This document shows, piece after piece, positions 1 through 10,064 of a stretch of DNA of 64,000 nt. Numbering within the stretch: the stretch's first letter is position 1; every line of letters begins with the position of its first letter. Where the stretch lies: positions 141,256 through 205,255 of the forward strand of contig CANSOA010000003.1 of the NCBI GenBank assembly GCA_947648495.1. Direction: 5' to 3'. The position numbers and the translations under genes are program-made. The DNA is from an uncultured Clostridium sp. GTDB lineage: Bacteria; Bacillota; Clostridia; TANB77; CAG-508. The notes under the pieces were generated by a model. It ran no database searches. It was not told the DNA's origin and saw nothing but the letters and a program-made list of their open reading frames with translations.

Positions 1-764
1 GCTGGAATATCCGCATTTTGTAAAAATTGATTAAGTTCAATGCTTTCAATTTTATCTTCACCAAAAAAATCCCTTACTTTTCGATTTGCTTCTTGTTCCG
101 AAATATCATCTCCAACAAGCCCTACTTTTTCCGCTTTATTAATATGATCCGAATACGCACCATCATAAATTAAACCTTCATACTGTTTCAAATTTGAATC
201 AATATTAGAAAATACTGAAACATTATCAACTGCTTGTGCATATTCTAAAGAATTTTTCTTTGTTAAATCCTCCCACTTAATAGCTCCTGCATACAATTCA
301 TCTGAAAGCTGATTGAGTGTTCCTTCCAATTGCACACTATATTGATGCAAAGATTTTAAATTTTCAAAATCTTCATCAGACAATTCTTCATTTTTTATAT
401 TTTTTCGAGAAAGTGAATACGAATAATCACTCACTTGATTTAAAAATTTTGCAGTTTGTGAAAGTTCCTCTGTATTCATTGGAATTCCTGTCAAGTAAAC
501 TAATGCCAAATTAGAATCTCTCCAAACTTCCGTAAGTGTTTCAGCGCTATGTTCGGCATCTTTAGAAATCATTGACTTAGCAAGCAAACTCTCCACACTA
601 TTCATATAATTTACTAAATTTCCAAATGCTTCATTATAATGATTTGTCTGTAATGTTGCATAACTTTTATTTGTATGATAGGCATAATAACCAATTGAGA
701 CAGCAATCGCAATTAATAATATAATAGCTATACTAAGCATTTTATTTTTTGTTCCACAATTCAT
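1..764 (-). CDS. ypeB: YpeB-like sporulation/germination protein (PepSY family), N-terminal part; ORF runs off the window start
   Basis: Translated by hand from rc of 1-764: MNCGTKNKMLSIAIILLIAIAVSIGYYAYH...EVWRDSNLALVYLTGIPM...SDYSYSLSRKN. N-terminal TM plus blocks matching the B. subtilis YpeB N-terminus. ATG at 764-762 with an AAGGAAGG RBS. Not in ORF track because no stop lies inside the window. Confidence 0.65.
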   Translation of the reverse strand, partial: MNCGTKNKMLSIAIILLIAIAVSIGYYAYHTNKSYATLQTNHYNEAFGNLVNYMNSVESLLAKSMISKDAEHSAETLTEVWRDSNLALVYLTGIPMNTEELSQTAKFLNQVSDYSYSLSRKNIKNEELSDEDFENLKSLHQYSVQLEGTLNQLSDELYAGAIKWEDLTKKNSLEYAQAVDNVSVFSNIDSNLKQYEGLIYDGAYSDHINKAEKVGLVGDDISEQEANRKVRDFFGEDKIESIELNQFLQNADIP

Positions 765-854
765 TTTTTCTTTTTCCTTCCTTTTAATTTATTTTATTAT
801 TTCCAGATTTTTTTTGAATATTCCAAATATTGTAATTTTAATATTTTTAATTTT

Positions 855-985
855 GGAATTTGGGGAAGTAGTTTGGGGGACGTTTTGGAAAAAGTTTGGG
901 GAGGCAGTTTTGGGAAACGGTTTTTTTGGGGAGGAAAGAGTTTTGAGGAGAGGTTTTTTTTGGCGGGACGGGGACAGTCTTTGTG
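855..985 (+). repeat. Degenerate TTTTGGGG-like G-rich tract ending in core GGGACGGGGACAGTCTT (core ~965-981)
   Basis: Direct reading. Same core recurs at more than 10 sites in the window. Confidence 0.8.
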
Positions 986-1039
986 AATAAAACTTTAAAA
1001 TATTTTAAAAATTAAATAAATTGAATTTTCTATTTTGTC

Positions 1040-1180
1040 TATTGGGGGAGGGCATTTGGGGGAATAGTATTTTTGGAGGAAGGAGATTTTGGGGGGAATA
1101 TTTTTGGAGGAATATTTCTGGGGGGAGAGATTTTGGGGGAAGATTTTGAGAAAGATTTTGGGGACGGGGACAGTCTTTAT
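1040..1180 (+). repeat. Second G-rich tract (multiple GGGGG runs) ending in core GGGGACGGGGACAGTCTT (1160-1178)
   Basis: Direct reading. Confidence 0.8.
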
Positions 1181-1422
1181 TAATAAAATCTAAAATATTA
1201 AAAATAAAAAATAACTTAATTAATTTTTTATTTTTAGTATTTTCAGGATAAGAACAGTTTTTCTCAAGTAAATTTCCAAAACACTTTAAAAATAAGCAAA
1301 TTTGAATTTTCACTTTTATTTTTTTGTATTCTTGTTTTGGGAATATCTTGGTAACTTGCCTTAGTTGTCTTGCAGATTTTGTTGGGAATTGTTTTGGTGT
1401 CTTAGTCTGAGTCTTGAGTCTT

Positions 1423-1477
1423 GGGGACGGGGACACTCATAAAAAATTATTTATATTAATCAAGAGTGTCCCCGTCC
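1423..1477. repeat. Inverted pair of the core: GGGGACGGGGACACTC (1423-1438) and GAGTGTCCCCGTCCC (1463-1477), 24-nt AT spacer. Predicted hairpin.
   Basis: Perfect 15-16 nt inverted repeat seen directly. Confidence 0.85.
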
Positions 1478-1640
1478 CGAAAATAAATTAAAATATAAAA
1501 TAATAATAAAAATACCCAAATTAAAAATATCTAAAAATTTAAGAAATTATAATATTGTAATTCCAATTTTTTCATGATATAATTTATAAAATAATAAAAA
1601 TAACTTAAAAACTACTAAAAACATATTTTAAGGAGATTTT

Positions 1641-2780
1641 ATGGAAAAAATTTTAATTTTTTATAGTTCCTATGGTGGAGGACATTTTTCTGCCGCAAAA
1701 TCAATTGAAAATCATATAAAATCGCACTATCCCAATATGGAAATAAAATTAGTAGATTGTATCGAATATATCAATAAACATTTAAACAAACTATTGGCAG
1801 AAAGTTACAACGAAGCAGCCAAAAAAGCTCCTTTGGCTTGGAAAACAGCCTATCACTTATCCAATGACGGACTGACTTCAAAAGCCGTAACCACTTCAAA
1901 TAAACTATTTTCAATTAAATTAAATAAATTATTACAAGACTTTCAACCAGATTTAATTATTTCAACACATCCATTCGGAACACAAATGTGTGGCGTATTA
2001 AAAAAGAAAGGAAAAATTAACTGTAAATTGGCAACCATTTTGACCGATTTTCATATTCACGGACAGTGGCTAGTTTTCAACGAATATTGCGATTATTTCT
2101 TTGTATCAAATAATCAAATGAAAAATGATATGATTGAATTAGGAGTTTTGGAACAAAAAATCTATGTTTTAGGAATTCCTGTTTCCGAAAAATTTAAAGA
2201 CAATTTCAATAAAGAAAAAATCTGTGAAGAATTTGATTTAAACCCAAATGAGCAAATTGTATTATTTTTTGCAGGGGGCGAATTTGGGCTCGGAAATAAA
2301 ACTACCGTTATGGTTTTAAAAGCATTAATCAGACTATTTTCAAAACTTCAAGTTGTTGCTATCTCTGGAAAAAATCCAAAAATGAAAGCAAAACTTGAAA
2401 CTCTTGTAAAAAACACTGATTCCGACGAACGAATTAAAATTTTAGAATATACCAATAAAGTTCCCGAATTAATGTCGATTTCATCCTTTGTTATTACGAA
2501 ACCTGGTGGTCTAACTTCAACAGAAAGTCTAACTGCACATTTACCAATGATTCTTATCAATCCTATTCCAGGTCAGGAGGAAGAAAATGCACAATTTCTA
2601 GTAGAAAAAGGAGTGGCTATTTGGATTAAAAAACATGATAATATTGCAAGAACTTTAAAAGAATTATACCGTGATCCACAAAAATTACCTCTAATGAAAC
2701 AAAACACATTTTCTTTAGCAAAACCGAGTTCGACCGCAGATATTTGTAAAATTTTGTTAGAAAGAAAGAAAGAAATTTAA
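1641..2780 (+). CDS. Glycosyltransferase, MGDG-synthase/UgtP-like (diacylglycerol glucosyltransferase family)
   Basis: 379 aa. N-terminus MEKILIFYSSYGGGHFSAAKSIENHIK and overall GT-B layout typical of the UgtP/YpfP/MGDG synthase family. Confidence 0.65.
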   Translation: MEKILIFYSSYGGGHFSAAKSIENHIKSHYPNMEIKLVDCIEYINKHLNKLLAESYNEAAKKAPLAWKTAYHLSNDGLTSKAVTTSNKLFSIKLNKLLQDFQPDLIISTHPFGTQMCGVLKKKGKINCKLATILTDFHIHGQWLVFNEYCDYFFVSNNQMKNDMIELGVLEQKIYVLGIPVSEKFKDNFNKEKICEEFDLNPNEQIVLFFAGGEFGLGNKTTVMVLKALIRLFSKLQVVAISGKNPKMKAKLETLVKNTDSDERIKILEYTNKVPELMSISSFVITKPGGLTSTESLTAHLPMILINPIPGQEEENAQFLVEKGVAIWIKKHDNIARTLKELYRDPQKLPLMKQNTFSLAKPSSTADICKILLERKKEI

Positions 2781-2802
2781 CAAACATAGAATATTGGGAA
2801 AA

Positions 2803-2835
2803 GTAAAAAACTCCAGTTTAAAACTGGAGTTTTCT
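2803..2835. terminator. Bidirectional rho-independent terminator between convergent glycosyltransferase and recR
   Basis: AAAAAACTCCAGTTTAAAACTGGAGTTTTC hairpin flanked by A-run and T-run. Confidence 0.7.
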
Positions 2836-2836
2836 T

Positions 2837-3436
2837 CTACATCTCACTTCTACCTTCCAATGCCTTCATAAGCGTAATTTCATCTGTATATTCCAAATCT
2901 CCGCCAACTGGAATACCTCTAGCAATTCTTGTCACTTTAATTCCCATTGGTTTGACCAATTTTGAAATATACATCGACGTGGCTTCCCCTTCAACACGTG
3001 GATTGGTCGCTAAAATCAATTCTTTTACATTGCCCTCCATTAATCTTGTAAGTAATTCTTTGATTTTAATATCGTCAGGACCAATCCCATTCATTGGCGA
3101 TATAGAACCATGTAATATATGGTAAATACCTTTAAATTCATGTGTTCTCTCCATTGCGAAAACATCGCGTACATCTTCTACAACACAAATCGTACTTTGA
3201 TCCCTTTTTGTATCCGAGCAAATATTACATGGATCTGTATCAGAAATATTAAAGCATTTTGAACAAAACTTCAAATTTTGTTTTGCATTTAAAATTGCAT
3301 CCGTAAATTCTTTTGCTTCTTCCTTACTTATATCTAACATATAAAAAGCCAAACGCTGAGCTGTTTTGTGCCCAATGCTTGGTAATTTTTCAAAACTTTC
3401 GATTAATTTCTCAATAGATGGTGAATAATTTGCCAT
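2837..3436 (-). CDS. recR: Recombination protein RecR
   Basis: 199 aa. HhH N-terminus ([12 protein letters not shown]), C4 zinc finger ([18 protein letters not shown]), Toprim region. Conserved dnaX-ybaB-recR order. Confidence 0.9.
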   Translation of the reverse strand: MANYSPSIEKLIESFEKLPSIGHKTAQRLAFYMLDISKEEAKEFTDAILNAKQNLKFCSKCFNISDTDPCNICSDTKRDQSTICVVEDVRDVFAMERTHEFKGIYHILHGSISPMNGIGPDDIKIKELLTRLMEGNVKELILATNPRVEGEATSMYISKLVKPMGIKVTRIARGIPVGGDLEYTDEITLMKALEGRSEM

Positions 3437-3559
3437 TTTTTGTGCCCTCTTTATTATAAATAATTTATTATTTTTATATCATATTTACTTTAAAATTTCA
3501 ACTATTTTATTTTTAACTTTATTTTAATTACCCTTTTTATCTTTATTTATCTCCTTTTT

Positions 3560-3604
3560 GTTTTTGGTATTTTAGGGGGATTTTGGGGGACGGGGACACT
3601 CTTT
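3560..3604 (+). repeat. G-tract plus core GGGGACGGGGACACTCTT (3586-3604)
   Basis: Direct reading. Lies inside the ybaB-recR spacer. Confidence 0.8.
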
Positions 3605-3687
3605 CTTAGGTAAATCTTCTAAACATTTCTAAAACCTTTATAATCTTAATTTTTAATCTTTTTTATTTTGGTTATTTAGGGGATATT

Positions 3688-3707
3688 TTTGGGACGAGGA
3701 CACTCTT
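3688..3707 (+). repeat. Degenerate core copy GGGACGAGGACACTCTT
   Basis: One mismatch versus the core. Confidence 0.6.
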
Positions 3708-3802
3708 GAAAATTATCTTACTTAATTTTTTGTATAAATAAGAGTTTCCCCAAATTTCAAATTTACCTAATTTACTTAAATTTATTTAATTTTTTATAAA
3801 AT

Positions 3803-3820
3803 CAAGACTGTCCCCGTCCC
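3803..3820 (-). repeat. Core copy in reverse orientation (AAGACTGTCCCCGTCCCC)
   Basis: Reverse complement of GGGGACGGGGACAGTCTT. Confidence 0.8.
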
Positions 3821-3877
3821 CATTTTATTTTTTATTTCTTTCTCTTCTCTGATTCTTCCTCAATTTTTTATACAGCC

Positions 3878-3895
3878 AAGACTGTCCCCGTCCCC
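3878..3895 (-). repeat. Core copy in reverse orientation (AAGACTGTCCCCGTCCCC)
   Basis: Reverse complement of the core. With 3803 and the two forward copies it forms a nested inverted arrangement. Confidence 0.8.
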
Positions 3896-3919
3896 AAATT
3901 TAAATCAATTAATATTACA

Positions 3920-3995
3920 AAATTAATTAAATCCAAATTAATTAAATACAAAATTAATTAAATACAATATTAATTAATTACAATTTAATCAACAA
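3920..3995. repeat. AT-only degenerate tandem repeat, unit ~AATTAATTAAATACA, 4-5 copies
   Basis: Seen directly: ...aattaattaaatccaaattaattaaatacaaaattaattaaatacaatattaattaattaca... Confidence 0.7.
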
Positions 3996-4100
3996 AACAA
4001 TTTAAACTCAAAAAGCAAAAAAATATCTAGCATAAAATACTAGATAAAAATTGCTACATAAATTTCTATTTTTTATTTTCAAACCATTATCTTCCAAACT

Positions 4101-4445
4101 TTACATTAATCCGGGAATATTATATTTACCCAAACTTTGACTTTGCGCATCATCTACTTTTCTCAAAGCCTCATTTACACAAGTTAAAATCAAATCTTGT
4201 AACATTTCAACATCCTCAGGATCAACAACCTCTGGATTAATTTTTATTTGCTTTATCGTTTTTGCCCCCGTAACAATTACGGAAATAGCGTTTCCGCCAG
4301 CTGATGCCTCAAATGTCTTTTCTTGTAATTCCTCTTGGGTTTTCTCCATATCCTCTTGCATTTTTTTGGCTTGTTTCATCAATTGATTCATATTCATTCC
4401 GCCAAATCCTCCCATTCCTCCTGGAAATCCTCCTCTTCTTGCCAT
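4101..4445 (-). CDS. ybaB: Nucleoid-associated protein YbaB/EbfC
   Basis: 114 aa, glycine-rich N-terminus. Conserved position between dnaX and recR. Confidence 0.85.
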   Translation of the reverse strand: MARRGGFPGGMGGFGGMNMNQLMKQAKKMQEDMEKTQEELQEKTFEASAGGNAISVIVTGAKTIKQIKINPEVVDPEDVEMLQDLILTCVNEALRKVDDAQSQSLGKYNIPGLM

Positions 4446-4537
4446 TTCATTGTCTCCTTTCTTTATTTTAATATTTTTATATATTCTGATGATAAATACT
4501 TCATAAAATAATGATATTTTCTGTAGTCTATATTTAA

Positions 4538-6106
4538 TTAATCAATAATATTAATGTCAATCCCCAAACCTTCAAAACTTGATGTATTATCTGAATTCGT
4601 TGCCAAATCAACTTTTCCATCTTTTAATTTAATATTCACTTCATTTCCCGTCAATATTGCTATTGTTTTTATTAAATCATTTTTATTATTTACATCTTCT
4701 AAAAACTCTCTATTAAATTTTGTCAAACCATTCGGAAAGCCAATTTCCCACGTTTGATCATTCAACTTGTTTAAAGAACTTGTCATTAAACAAGTATATA
4801 ACCTTATCTTTCCACTTTTTTTGAGATGCTCCAAAATCGCTTTCCAATCTTCACTTGCTTTTCCTGTTGACACGATTGTTTTTGAAATCGCTTTTTTTTC
4901 AATTCGTCGACTTGCTGATTGTCTTACAGGCTGCCTATTTTGAGCAGTTACAGAAAGCTGATTAATTTGATTTAACTTCTGTTCCAACATCGCAACTTTT
5001 TTCTCTAATTCAGAAATATCACCAGTTTCTTGATTTATACAAAGTTTTATGACACCAGATTGAAACATAATCGTTTTATGCGAAGAATTTTTGATGTTGC
5101 TTTCCAACTCCGATAATCTATAAATCACATTCAAAAGTTTCCCTTTTTCCGTTTTATCCGCCAAATTTTGTATTTGAGATAGTTCTTCTTCTGAATATAA
5201 ATCTAACTTTTTCGTGGTTTTAAAAATTAAAATATCTTTAATATATTTGATTACTTCCCACAAAAAATTATATAAATCCTTGCCGTCTTTTATAACATCA
5301 TCAACTGCTTCTAAAGCCATTATCTCATTATTTTCTAAAATCGCTTTTGCCAACTTTTGAATAAATTCTAACTGTGGCAAACCAACCAATTCTTTTACCA
5401 AATCAATTGTAATTTCCTCAGCACTTTCTTGACTACATCTTTCTAAAATACTAATCGCATCTCTCATAGCTCCTTCTGACAAAACAGCAATCGTCTTTAA
5501 CGCCTCATCTGTTATTTTTATTTTAGATTCAGAAGCTATAATCTTCAATCTTTTTATGATATTTTCTTCATTTATTTTCTTATAATCAAACCTCTGACAA
5601 CGTGAAAGAATAGTCGCTGGAAGTTTTTGCGGTTCAGTTGTTGCCAAAATAAATTTAACGTGCGCTGGCGGTTCCTCTAACGTTTTCAACAATGCATTAA
5701 ACGCCCCTACAGAAAGCATATGAACTTCGTCAATAATATAGACTCTATATTTTGCTTTTGTTGGCAAAAAATTCACTTCATCGCGAATACTACGAATATC
5801 TTCAACACTATTATTAGATGCAGCGTCCATCTCCACAACATCCGTTAAAGAGCCATCTAAAATGCTTTTACAAATTTCACATTCATTGCAAGGTTCACCA
5901 TTTTGTGGATTTAAACAATTTACAACACGTGCTAATATCTTAGCAGAAGTTGTTTTTCCCGTTCCACGTCCACCACTCATTAAATAGGCATGTCCGACGC
6001 GCCCTGCCATAATTTGATTTTTTAGTGTTTTTGTAATATGTTCTTGTCCAACCATATCTTCAAATTTGAGCGGTCTAAAAGTTCGATATAACGCTGTATA
6101 AGACAT
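4538..6106 (-). CDS. dnaX: DNA polymerase III subunits gamma/tau
   Basis: 522 aa. Walker A GGRGTGKTT, DEVHML, clamp-loader zinc module CNPQNGEPCNECEIC. Confidence 0.9.
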   Translation of the reverse strand: MSYTALYRTFRPLKFEDMVGQEHITKTLKNQIMAGRVGHAYLMSGGRGTGKTTSAKILARVVNCLNPQNGEPCNECEICKSILDGSLTDVVEMDAASNNSVEDIRSIRDEVNFLPTKAKYRVYIIDEVHMLSVGAFNALLKTLEEPPAHVKFILATTEPQKLPATILSRCQRFDYKKINEENIIKRLKIIASESKIKITDEALKTIAVLSEGAMRDAISILERCSQESAEEITIDLVKELVGLPQLEFIQKLAKAILENNEIMALEAVDDVIKDGKDLYNFLWEVIKYIKDILIFKTTKKLDLYSEEELSQIQNLADKTEKGKLLNVIYRLSELESNIKNSSHKTIMFQSGVIKLCINQETGDISELEKKVAMLEQKLNQINQLSVTAQNRQPVRQSASRRIEKKAISKTIVSTGKASEDWKAILEHLKKSGKIRLYTCLMTSSLNKLNDQTWEIGFPNGLTKFNREFLEDVNNKNDLIKTIAILTGNEVNIKLKDGKVDLATNSDNTSSFEGLGIDINIID

Positions 6107-6129
6107 ATAAAAACACCTCTTTCTATCAA

Positions 6130-6258
6130 TTTAAGACTTCTTTTAAGGAAGGCATGTAATCACATAAATACACTACTTATCGCTGCTTTCTCTCGAACCT
6201 GACGAGATTCATAGCTTTTTATTGAAACATACCTTCCTTAAAAGAAGCCTCGTTCAAT
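6130..6258 (-). ncRNA. ffs: Signal recognition particle RNA (4.5S/scRNA type)
   Basis: Minus-strand read contains the domain IV motif GUCAGGUUCGAGAGAAAGCAGC. Closed by a ~20-bp terminal helix (6134-6156 with 6229-6253). Canonical position immediately upstream of dnaX. Confidence 0.6.
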
Positions 6259-6265
6259 TTTTATT

Positions 6266-6294
6266 ATTATATAATGAAAGTTAGTGTTTGGCAA
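6266..6294 (-). promoter_or_regulatory. Sigma-A-like promoter for SRP RNA/dnaX operon (-35 TTGCCA, 17-nt spacer, -10 TATAAT)
   Basis: rc of 6266-6294 reads TTGCCAaacactaactttcattaTATAAT. Confidence 0.5.
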
Positions 6295-6355
6295 GAGTTT
6301 TTTAGGAAATTTTCTCAATTTCATTTTACTATTATTTTTAAATTTATTAATAATT

Positions 6356-7183
6356 CTAAAATTTCACTTCTTTAAAAAAATTATAATACTTCATATCTTC
6401 CAAAATTTCAATAATATACCCACTCTTCACACTTCCTTTTTCTGTCTCTAATTTTAAATTTGCACTTACATTACAAATAAAGCGCTCATCTAAATGATTT
6501 TTTAGATGAATTGTGAAACTAATCTTAGGCGATAACTCTTTTAAATTAATATCTAAATTATTAAAAATTCTGCCATCAAAAGAAACTAAACCGTTTTCTT
6601 TTGTAACTTGATAATTGTTAATAATTTCTTTATTAATATAACCAATTGTAATTGGATTTGAACAATCCGTAAAAAATACTGGCTTGTGATAATCTGTATT
6701 TTGATTTTCCTCGTTGGTATAAATAATTTCATATTCTAATTTATCTTTGATTTCGTTTTCTTCAACCATTCTAAATTTTGAAATTTCAAGCGGATTTTTA
6801 TAATACAATGTTGGAGCACCATAATGATAACCAACATCAATTTTAAAATTATCCAAATATAATTCCTTAATTGTATTTTCCTCTGTAATTTCCTCTTTAA
6901 AATTATCAATATATAAAGCAATATCTGAATATTGAGAAATGCTCAAATCTTGCAAATTCTGCTCCGCTGTATTATCCGTCGCTTCTGCGCTACTATATTT
7001 TATCATTTTGGATACACGAAAAACTGGCTCTCGATTGGCATCGGAAATAACAATTAATTCTTTCACAAATCGACTTCTGCTTGCCATTTTTGAAAAAATA
7101 AATTGATAATCAATATACAAGATTGCCAATATTATGAAACATAATATTGGCAAAGCAAACTTTCCTAAAATCTTCTTCCACAT
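6356..7183 (-). CDS. Hypothetical membrane-anchored protein
   Basis: 275 aa ORF with N-terminal TM helix. No recognisable domain. Confidence 0.35.
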   Translation of the reverse strand: MWKKILGKFALPILCFIILAILYIDYQFIFSKMASRSRFVKELIVISDANREPVFRVSKMIKYSSAEATDNTAEQNLQDLSISQYSDIALYIDNFKEEITEENTIKELYLDNFKIDVGYHYGAPTLYYKNPLEISKFRMVEENEIKDKLEYEIIYTNEENQNTDYHKPVFFTDCSNPITIGYINKEIINNYQVTKENGLVSFDGRIFNNLDINLKELSPKISFTIHLKNHLDERFICNVSANLKLETEKGSVKSGYIIEILEDMKYYNFFKEVKF

Positions 7184-7195
7184 AACAACTCCATT

Positions 7196-8647
7196 TTACA
7201 ATCTATTATACAAATATTCCATATAAGAATATACTTTATTATGCCAATTTTCGTCACTTGCATACCTCGTATTGACCGCTGAAACAGTTGGACCATTGTA
7301 ATAAGAAGCTTTGGCAACTTCGTCATCATAAATTGGCGTTCCTGCTTCATTTATGTAATTTTTAACAAGCACTCTTGCCACTAAATCAATTCCTTCTGCA
7401 TAAGTTTCAAAAGAAAATGAACTTTGATAAGGAGAACTATCATACGCTCCATAACCGAATAAATTCTTTTTATCTTGCGAAATCGCCGATGTTCCCCAAC
7501 CACTTTCGTGGATTGCCATTGATGCTAAAAAGATACCATTCATATGATAATTTTTATCTACATTATAAAACGCTTCTGCGTTGTCTGAAATAATGTGATT
7601 CTTGTCCGATTTATTGCCAGATAAAATTTTCTGGTAATCTTGCAAGGTCAAATCTGTTGACTGATTTAATGGCATATCTTGATTTAATGTCATTTTAATT
7701 TTCTGACGTCTATTGGCATCAACAATTCCTGGCGTTACTTTTGCAGAAGTCAAATTCTTGCTTTTTACAAATCCTTCCAAACCATCATAACTTATCTTGC
7801 ACCAGTCTTCCCCTTTCAATTCTTCCAACGTAACATCCAAACTTTCTAAAATCACAACAATTTCCTCTGCCGAATCTTCTGCACTTGACTTTAATATAAC
7901 TTCTTCAGTCACATACATTGTATCGCCTAAATGCACTTTATTGTTGGCTAAAAATTTAGAAGTTCCTTTATCAACAATTTGTGGTGTCGCATTTTCAATC
8001 GGAATCGTTCCTAAAATATTTTCTGATACCATTTCATTATTTTCATAAGATTTAATCACTGTAACTTGTTGTTTTCCATTAACTCCATTTTGTGTAATTT
8101 TTTCTTCCCCTTCTGGCAAATTCGGATTTTCAACATATTGGGTTTCAAATTCAATCGGACGTTCTTCCTCCGCATATTCTTTTGATTTTAAAACACTCAC
8201 ATTTTCCATCAAAATTTCTTCTATTTGAATTACATTTTCATTACTCTCTAAAATCAATTGTCCTTGGGCATTGACTGGCCTAGCTTGTTCTCCTTTTTCT
8301 TCTGTTGTTACATTTTCCATTTCTGTGACAATTTCCTCTGTTTCATTTTCTGCCACAATTTCCTGCTTTTCAGTCGTATTCTCTACCATTGTTTTAGCAA
8401 ATATCGTCGTAGAAAAAACACATGTAATTGCCACAATTACAATAGTTGTAAGTACAATAATTTGCTCTTCTCTTGCAATTCTAGCCAAATTGGTATTTTT
8501 TATTTTTCTTTTTTCTACAGCTCGTCTTCCTTTTTTCAAAAGTCTATTTTTGGCTGGTTCGATATGTTCTACACGTTTCATATCTTCCAGATTACTTTTC
8601 ATTTGCTCAAGATTTTGCTGCATTTTTTCAAAATTGTTTACTCCCAT
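7196..8647 (-). CDS. Membrane-anchored peptidoglycan hydrolase with C-terminal GH73 N-acetylglucosaminidase domain
   Basis: 483 aa. C-terminus NGIFLASMAIHESGWGTS...NLFGYGAYD matches the mannosyl-glycoprotein endo-beta-N-acetylglucosaminidase (FlgJ/LytD-type) domain. SH3b-like segment upstream. Confidence 0.55.
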   Translation of the reverse strand: MGVNNFEKMQQNLEQMKSNLEDMKRVEHIEPAKNRLLKKGRRAVEKRKIKNTNLARIAREEQIIVLTTIVIVAITCVFSTTIFAKTMVENTTEKQEIVAENETEEIVTEMENVTTEEKGEQARPVNAQGQLILESNENVIQIEEILMENVSVLKSKEYAEEERPIEFETQYVENPNLPEGEEKITQNGVNGKQQVTVIKSYENNEMVSENILGTIPIENATPQIVDKGTSKFLANNKVHLGDTMYVTEEVILKSSAEDSAEEIVVILESLDVTLEELKGEDWCKISYDGLEGFVKSKNLTSAKVTPGIVDANRRQKIKMTLNQDMPLNQSTDLTLQDYQKILSGNKSDKNHIISDNAEAFYNVDKNYHMNGIFLASMAIHESGWGTSAISQDKKNLFGYGAYDSSPYQSSFSFETYAEGIDLVARVLVKNYINEAGTPIYDDEVAKASYYNGPTVSAVNTRYASDENWHNKVYSYMEYLYNRL

Positions 8648-8734
8648 AATTTTTTCCTACTTTTTAAAATTCTACAAGTTTATTATATTATATTTTATTT
8701 TAATTGTCCATACAATTTTTTAGATAATCTGGAA

Positions 8735-9463
8735 TTATATTCTTTTAAACACAACTTCACTAAAATCTGTTATTTCAAAATTAGCTGAACCATTTGCTAT
8801 TACACCTTCAGCAGGCAATTCTAGCGAAATTGTTCCTTTATAAGTTACATTTTTATTGGTCTGGATTAAAATATCAAAACTTAAAGCAAATCGAATTTCT
8901 TCAAAATTTATATTAAGATTTTCTAATAGTTTTCCATCATACGTTATTTCTGTAGAATCGTTGGAAATATATGTTCCCAAATTATCCAAAGAAACTCTGC
9001 AACTAATCACGCCTCCATTATTGGCAATTTCTAACGTTTTTAAATCGTCAATCGTAGCTCCTGTGTAAGTAATGCTTTCACCTAAATAGTTTTGCTCGCT
9101 ATGTGTATACGTTTTTCCCAAATCTCCAGTTGGTCTGTAAATTGCCACTTCTCCTTTAGCAGGCGCTTTTGTTACATTAAAATTTTGAATTGTAATTTGT
9201 TTAATTGTCTCTTCTGTGACTTCACTTTTATCAATATAAAAATATAAATCATTAGCTTGTTTTACATTAATATTCCAAATATTTTGTCCATCATCTTTTG
9301 GTGTTCCCTCTACAGTACTAATTACAAAAATCTTAGAAAGACCATATGGCAACGTTTTTTCCCCTTCTACGTGATACTTCACCATAACTGAAATCACAAC
9401 CATCAATACAATCATCACGCAAAATAAAAACAGACATTTTTTAAATATTTGACTTTTTCTCAT
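8735..9463 (-). CDS. Hypothetical membrane-anchored protein
   Basis: 242 aa, N-terminal TM. No domain recognised. Confidence 0.35.
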   Translation of the reverse strand: MRKSQIFKKCLFLFCVMIVLMVVISVMVKYHVEGEKTLPYGLSKIFVISTVEGTPKDDGQNIWNINVKQANDLYFYIDKSEVTEETIKQITIQNFNVTKAPAKGEVAIYRPTGDLGKTYTHSEQNYLGESITYTGATIDDLKTLEIANNGGVISCRVSLDNLGTYISNDSTEITYDGKLLENLNINFEEIRFALSFDILIQTNKNVTYKGTISLELPAEGVIANGSANFEITDFSEVVFKRI

Positions 9464-9900
9464 TTTTATTTCTCTCCCTCAACTTTTTAAAAAACGTTTT
9501 CAAAATCGTTTCACACTCGTCCTTTAATATATATTTCTCAACCTCAATTTTATGATTAAATTTATATTCCAGCAAATTTAAAACAGAGCCACAAGCACCT
9601 GTTTTGTCGTCTTGCGTGCCAATATACAATTTTCTAATTCTAGCATTGATAAGCGCCCCAGCGCACATAGAACATGGTTCTAATGTTACATACATATCAC
9701 AATCTGTTAGGCGCCAAGTTCCTAGTTTTTTGCATGCTTTCTGAATTGCCAAAATCTCCGCATGACTTGTCGCATCACACTTTAATTCTTTTATATTATG
9801 AGCTCTAGCTATAATTTTGTTATCCTTCACAATCACTGCACCAACTGGCACTTCTTCTTTATCAAATGCTTTTCCGCGCTTCTTTTAATGCTTCTTTCAT
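9441..9900 (-). CDS. tadA: tRNA-specific adenosine deaminase TadA; N-terminal reading-frame break at in-frame CGG (9874-9876)
   Basis: HAEILAIQ...TLEPCSMCAGAL CMP/dCMP deaminase zinc motifs. Upstream frame encodes MKEALKEA(R). Frame shifts by one base at GCG CGG AAA AGC. Confidence 0.75.
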
Positions 9901-9984
9901 AAATTTTTCTTCCATAAGTCACCTTTTATTTTTTAAATTATCTTATATTTATATCATATTTTGCATTTTTTGACAAGTATTTTT

Positions 9985-10030
9985 GCACAAGAAAAACACT
10001 GCTACAAAAACTATTACTGTAGCAGTGTTT
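9985..10030 (-). terminator. Rho-independent terminator downstream of the SleB-like gene
   Basis: AACACTGCTACA...TGTAGCAGTGTT hairpin followed by a T-run on the minus strand. Confidence 0.6.
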
Positions 10031-10064
10031 CCCTTAAGAAGATGATTTTCGCTTTCATTTTATT

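Noticed and set aside
855-1180. Possible CRISPR array or telomere-like T4G4 repeats
   Set aside because: Units are degenerate in length and sequence, with no uniform spacers and no cas genes. The resemblance to ciliate T4G4 is compositional only.
1005-1436. 143-aa minus-strand ORF rich in P/K/Q
   Set aside because: Lies wholly inside the G-tract/core repeat block (855-1477). Its composition is a translation artefact of the repeats, with no RBS.
8258-8788. Plus-strand ORFs antisense to the 7196-8647 hydrolase gene
   Set aside because: Low-complexity F/S/I-rich translations of the opposite strand of a well-supported gene.
9865-9880. tadA break explained purely as an A4 homopolymer over-call
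   Set aside because: Still possible and noted. I favour the shared CGG explanation because the same codon-phase pattern recurs at 8 other sites, two of them (SOD, ParA-like) with no homopolymer fix that preserves motif residues.
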